This document shows positions 59,127 through 61,087 of a stretch of DNA of 61,087 bases, piece after piece. Numbering within the stretch: position 1 is the stretch's first letter; the number at the start of each line of letters is the position of its first letter. Both the position numbers and the translations under genes were made by a program. The notes below the pieces were generated by a model. That model was not told the DNA's origin. It saw nothing but the letters and a program-made list of their open reading frames with translations, and did not search any database. Source of the DNA: an uncultured Mycoplasmataceae bacterium (GTDB taxonomy: Bacteria; Bacillota_I; Bacilli_A; Mycoplasmatales; Mycoplasmoidaceae); the NCBI GenBank assembly GCA_949288005.1, contig CASEIK010000036.1:1-61087 (forward strand), read 5' to 3'.

Positions 59127-60909
59127 TATTAAATACCTTGTCTACCCTTTCTTTTAAAGCTATAGCTACTGTTTTTGGCATGATTTGTGTTAATGTTTCA
59201 ACATTCACATTCTTAATATCTGCAAGATTTGGATATATGGCTAGAATTTTAGATTTTGTTTTTGGCCCAATTCCACTAATATCATCTAGAATAGAAGATA
59301 ATTTTGATTTTAAATTCTTATCTCTAAAATATGAAATTGCAAACCTATGAACTTCATCTTGAATATTTGATAATAATCTAAAAATATTAGATGTTTTATC
59401 AAGATTAATTACATTATCCTCAGTAATTATTTTATTGGTTTTGTGATGCTCATTTTTTTCCAAACCTATAACTTTGATTCTATCATTTAATTTAAGTTTT
59501 TTAAGAACTTCAATAGCTGCATTTAATTGGATTTTTCCACCATCGACAATGAAGACATCTGGAATATCTTCATTGTTCTTTAACAATTTAGTATATCTTC
59601 TTTCAATAACTTCCTTCATAAAGTGAAAATCAGATTTTTCATTCATATAAGAAAGATTGTATTTTCTATATAGATTTTTAACTGGTATTCCATTTATAAA
59701 GACAATAACTGCTGATACTGGACTCTCTAGAAAAATATTTGAATTATCAATCATTTCTATGTGGTTTGCACTATCAATACCTAACAATTTAGCTAAATCA
59801 TCACAAGCACCAATAGTCCTTTCCTTTTTAACTTTTGCATTTGCCTTATTGGTTGATAAAAAATACTTTGCATTAGTAATAGATTGAGTCAATAAATCAA
59901 AGTTTTTACCTTTAATTGGTTTTAAAAATTTAGTATTTAATGCATTTGATAATGTTTTTATACTTTCATCATCCAATGAAAGATAAATTGTTTTTGGTAA
60001 TTTATTTTGACAATAGAATTGCATCAAATAACTTGTAACATTTTCAATTGCATCTCCATAATATTCTTCAATAACAGAATGTTTAGTAATCAGTTTACCA
60101 TTAATGAAATTGAATATATTAATACATATATTTTCATCATCACAAAAATATCCAACATAATCTGCATTAATAGCATCTTTTAATTGAACAATCTGCCTAT
60201 TAACAATTGTTTCAAAACTATTTTGTAACTTTAAATAATAGTTAGCTTGTTCAAAATCTAATTTATCTGCTGCTTGAATTTCTTTTTGCTTTAAATCAGC
60301 AATAATTTGTTTGTTGTTTTTACATTCAAAAATATCATCAATTTTTTTTAATAAATAGTCATATTCATGTTCTAAAACCTTATTGATACATGGGGCTAAA
60401 CATTGTCCCATATCATAGTACATACATTTTTGTTTAGGAATCACATTGCATTTTCTTAATGGAATGATTCGATTTAAATAAATGTATAAATCATATGGAT
60501 TATTTTCATTAGCTGCGAAAGGTCCATAATATTTACCATTAGATGGATTGTACTTTCTAGTATATATAATTCTTGGATGCTTATGCTTTGTAATTGCAAT
60601 ATATGGATAACTATTACTTCCTTCTTTTAATAATACATTGAATTTTGGTTTATGTGTTTTGATTAGATTATTTTCTAAGACAAGAGCTTCATTTTCATCA
60701 TTAACAACAATGTAATCAAAGTTGGTAATTTCTGATGTTAATTTAGCAATACGATTATTTTGACTTTTATTAAAGTATTGATGCATTCTTTTGTTGAGAT
60801 CTCTTGCCTTACCAATATATAGGATTTTGTCCTTATTGTTTTTTCATAAATAACATCCAGGTTTATGTGGGACTATCGATAATTTTTTAATATCAAAAAT
60901 CTTATCCAT
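59119..60909 (-). CDS. uvrC: Excinuclease ABC subunit C
   Basis: Track ORF 59119..60786 extended upstream through TGA to ATG 60909, recovering the GIY-YIG N-terminus (PGCYLWKNNKDKILYIGKA). Confidence 0.95.
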
Positions 60910-61087
60910 ATACTATTTGTCTTTTTGATAGAGAACACACTTTTTTAAAAGATAACTCAAATAATCTATGATCTGGGAAACTAAAATAAATAATCTTATC
61001 TAGATAGTGAACAAAGATATTATTTTTATGATTATAAATTCTATTAATGTTATCAATGTTCAATCAATGAACATATATTTCATCACT
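60902..61087 (-). CDS. 3' end of an unidentified CDS (5' part outside the window)
   Basis: Open frame from the window edge to TAA (complement of 60902-60904), which overlaps the uvrC ATG by 8 nt. Confidence 0.35.

Overview
This is a 61 kb, very AT-rich chromosomal segment. It reads as a Mollicutes (Mycoplasma-like) genome translated with genetic code 4 (TGA=Trp). The supplied ORF track used the standard code, so it fragments about 35 genes. When same-frame fragments are joined across in-frame TGA codons, the window holds about 50 tightly packed CDSs and one tRNA-Thr(GGU). I checked several joins codon by codon and found no TAA/TAG.

Core genes:
- Replication and repair: dnaN-yaaA-gyrB-gyrA, holA, ruvX, uvrC.
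- Translation and RNA modification: pth, tilS, miaB, an RluA-family pseudouridine synthase, lysS, trpS.
- Metabolism: glyA, metK, galU.
- Transport: a BMP-family ABC transporter, an NCS2/AzgA purine permease and an APC permease.

Accessory content worth a second look:
1. A glycan-biosynthesis island at about 8.3-17.7 kb, plus GT2/galU at 19.4-21.5 kb. It has seven glycosyltransferase-type genes, a flippase-like fusion protein and a 691-aa polytopic membrane protein. A G8 homopolymer sits inside one glycosyltransferase, making it a phase-variation candidate.
2. A locus at 39.5-41.8 kb with a single-chain triple RidA/YjgF protein flanked by three small Cys-rich zinc-ribbon-type proteins.
3. A Panacea (DUF4065/SocA-like) antitoxin-domain gene with a palindrome in its promoter region and a convergent, abutting orphan neighbour (2.0-3.5 kb).
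4. A strand-switch point at 27.8 kb (dnaN <- | -> pth) with a perfect DnaA box but no adjacent dnaA. This is a candidate oriC.
5. A roughly 1939-aa membrane-anchored repeat surface protein (46.0-51.9 kb).

I saw no rRNA, CRISPR array, transposase or phage genes. All family calls rest on motif recognition by eye; no searches were run. Start codons are often ambiguous by a few codons.
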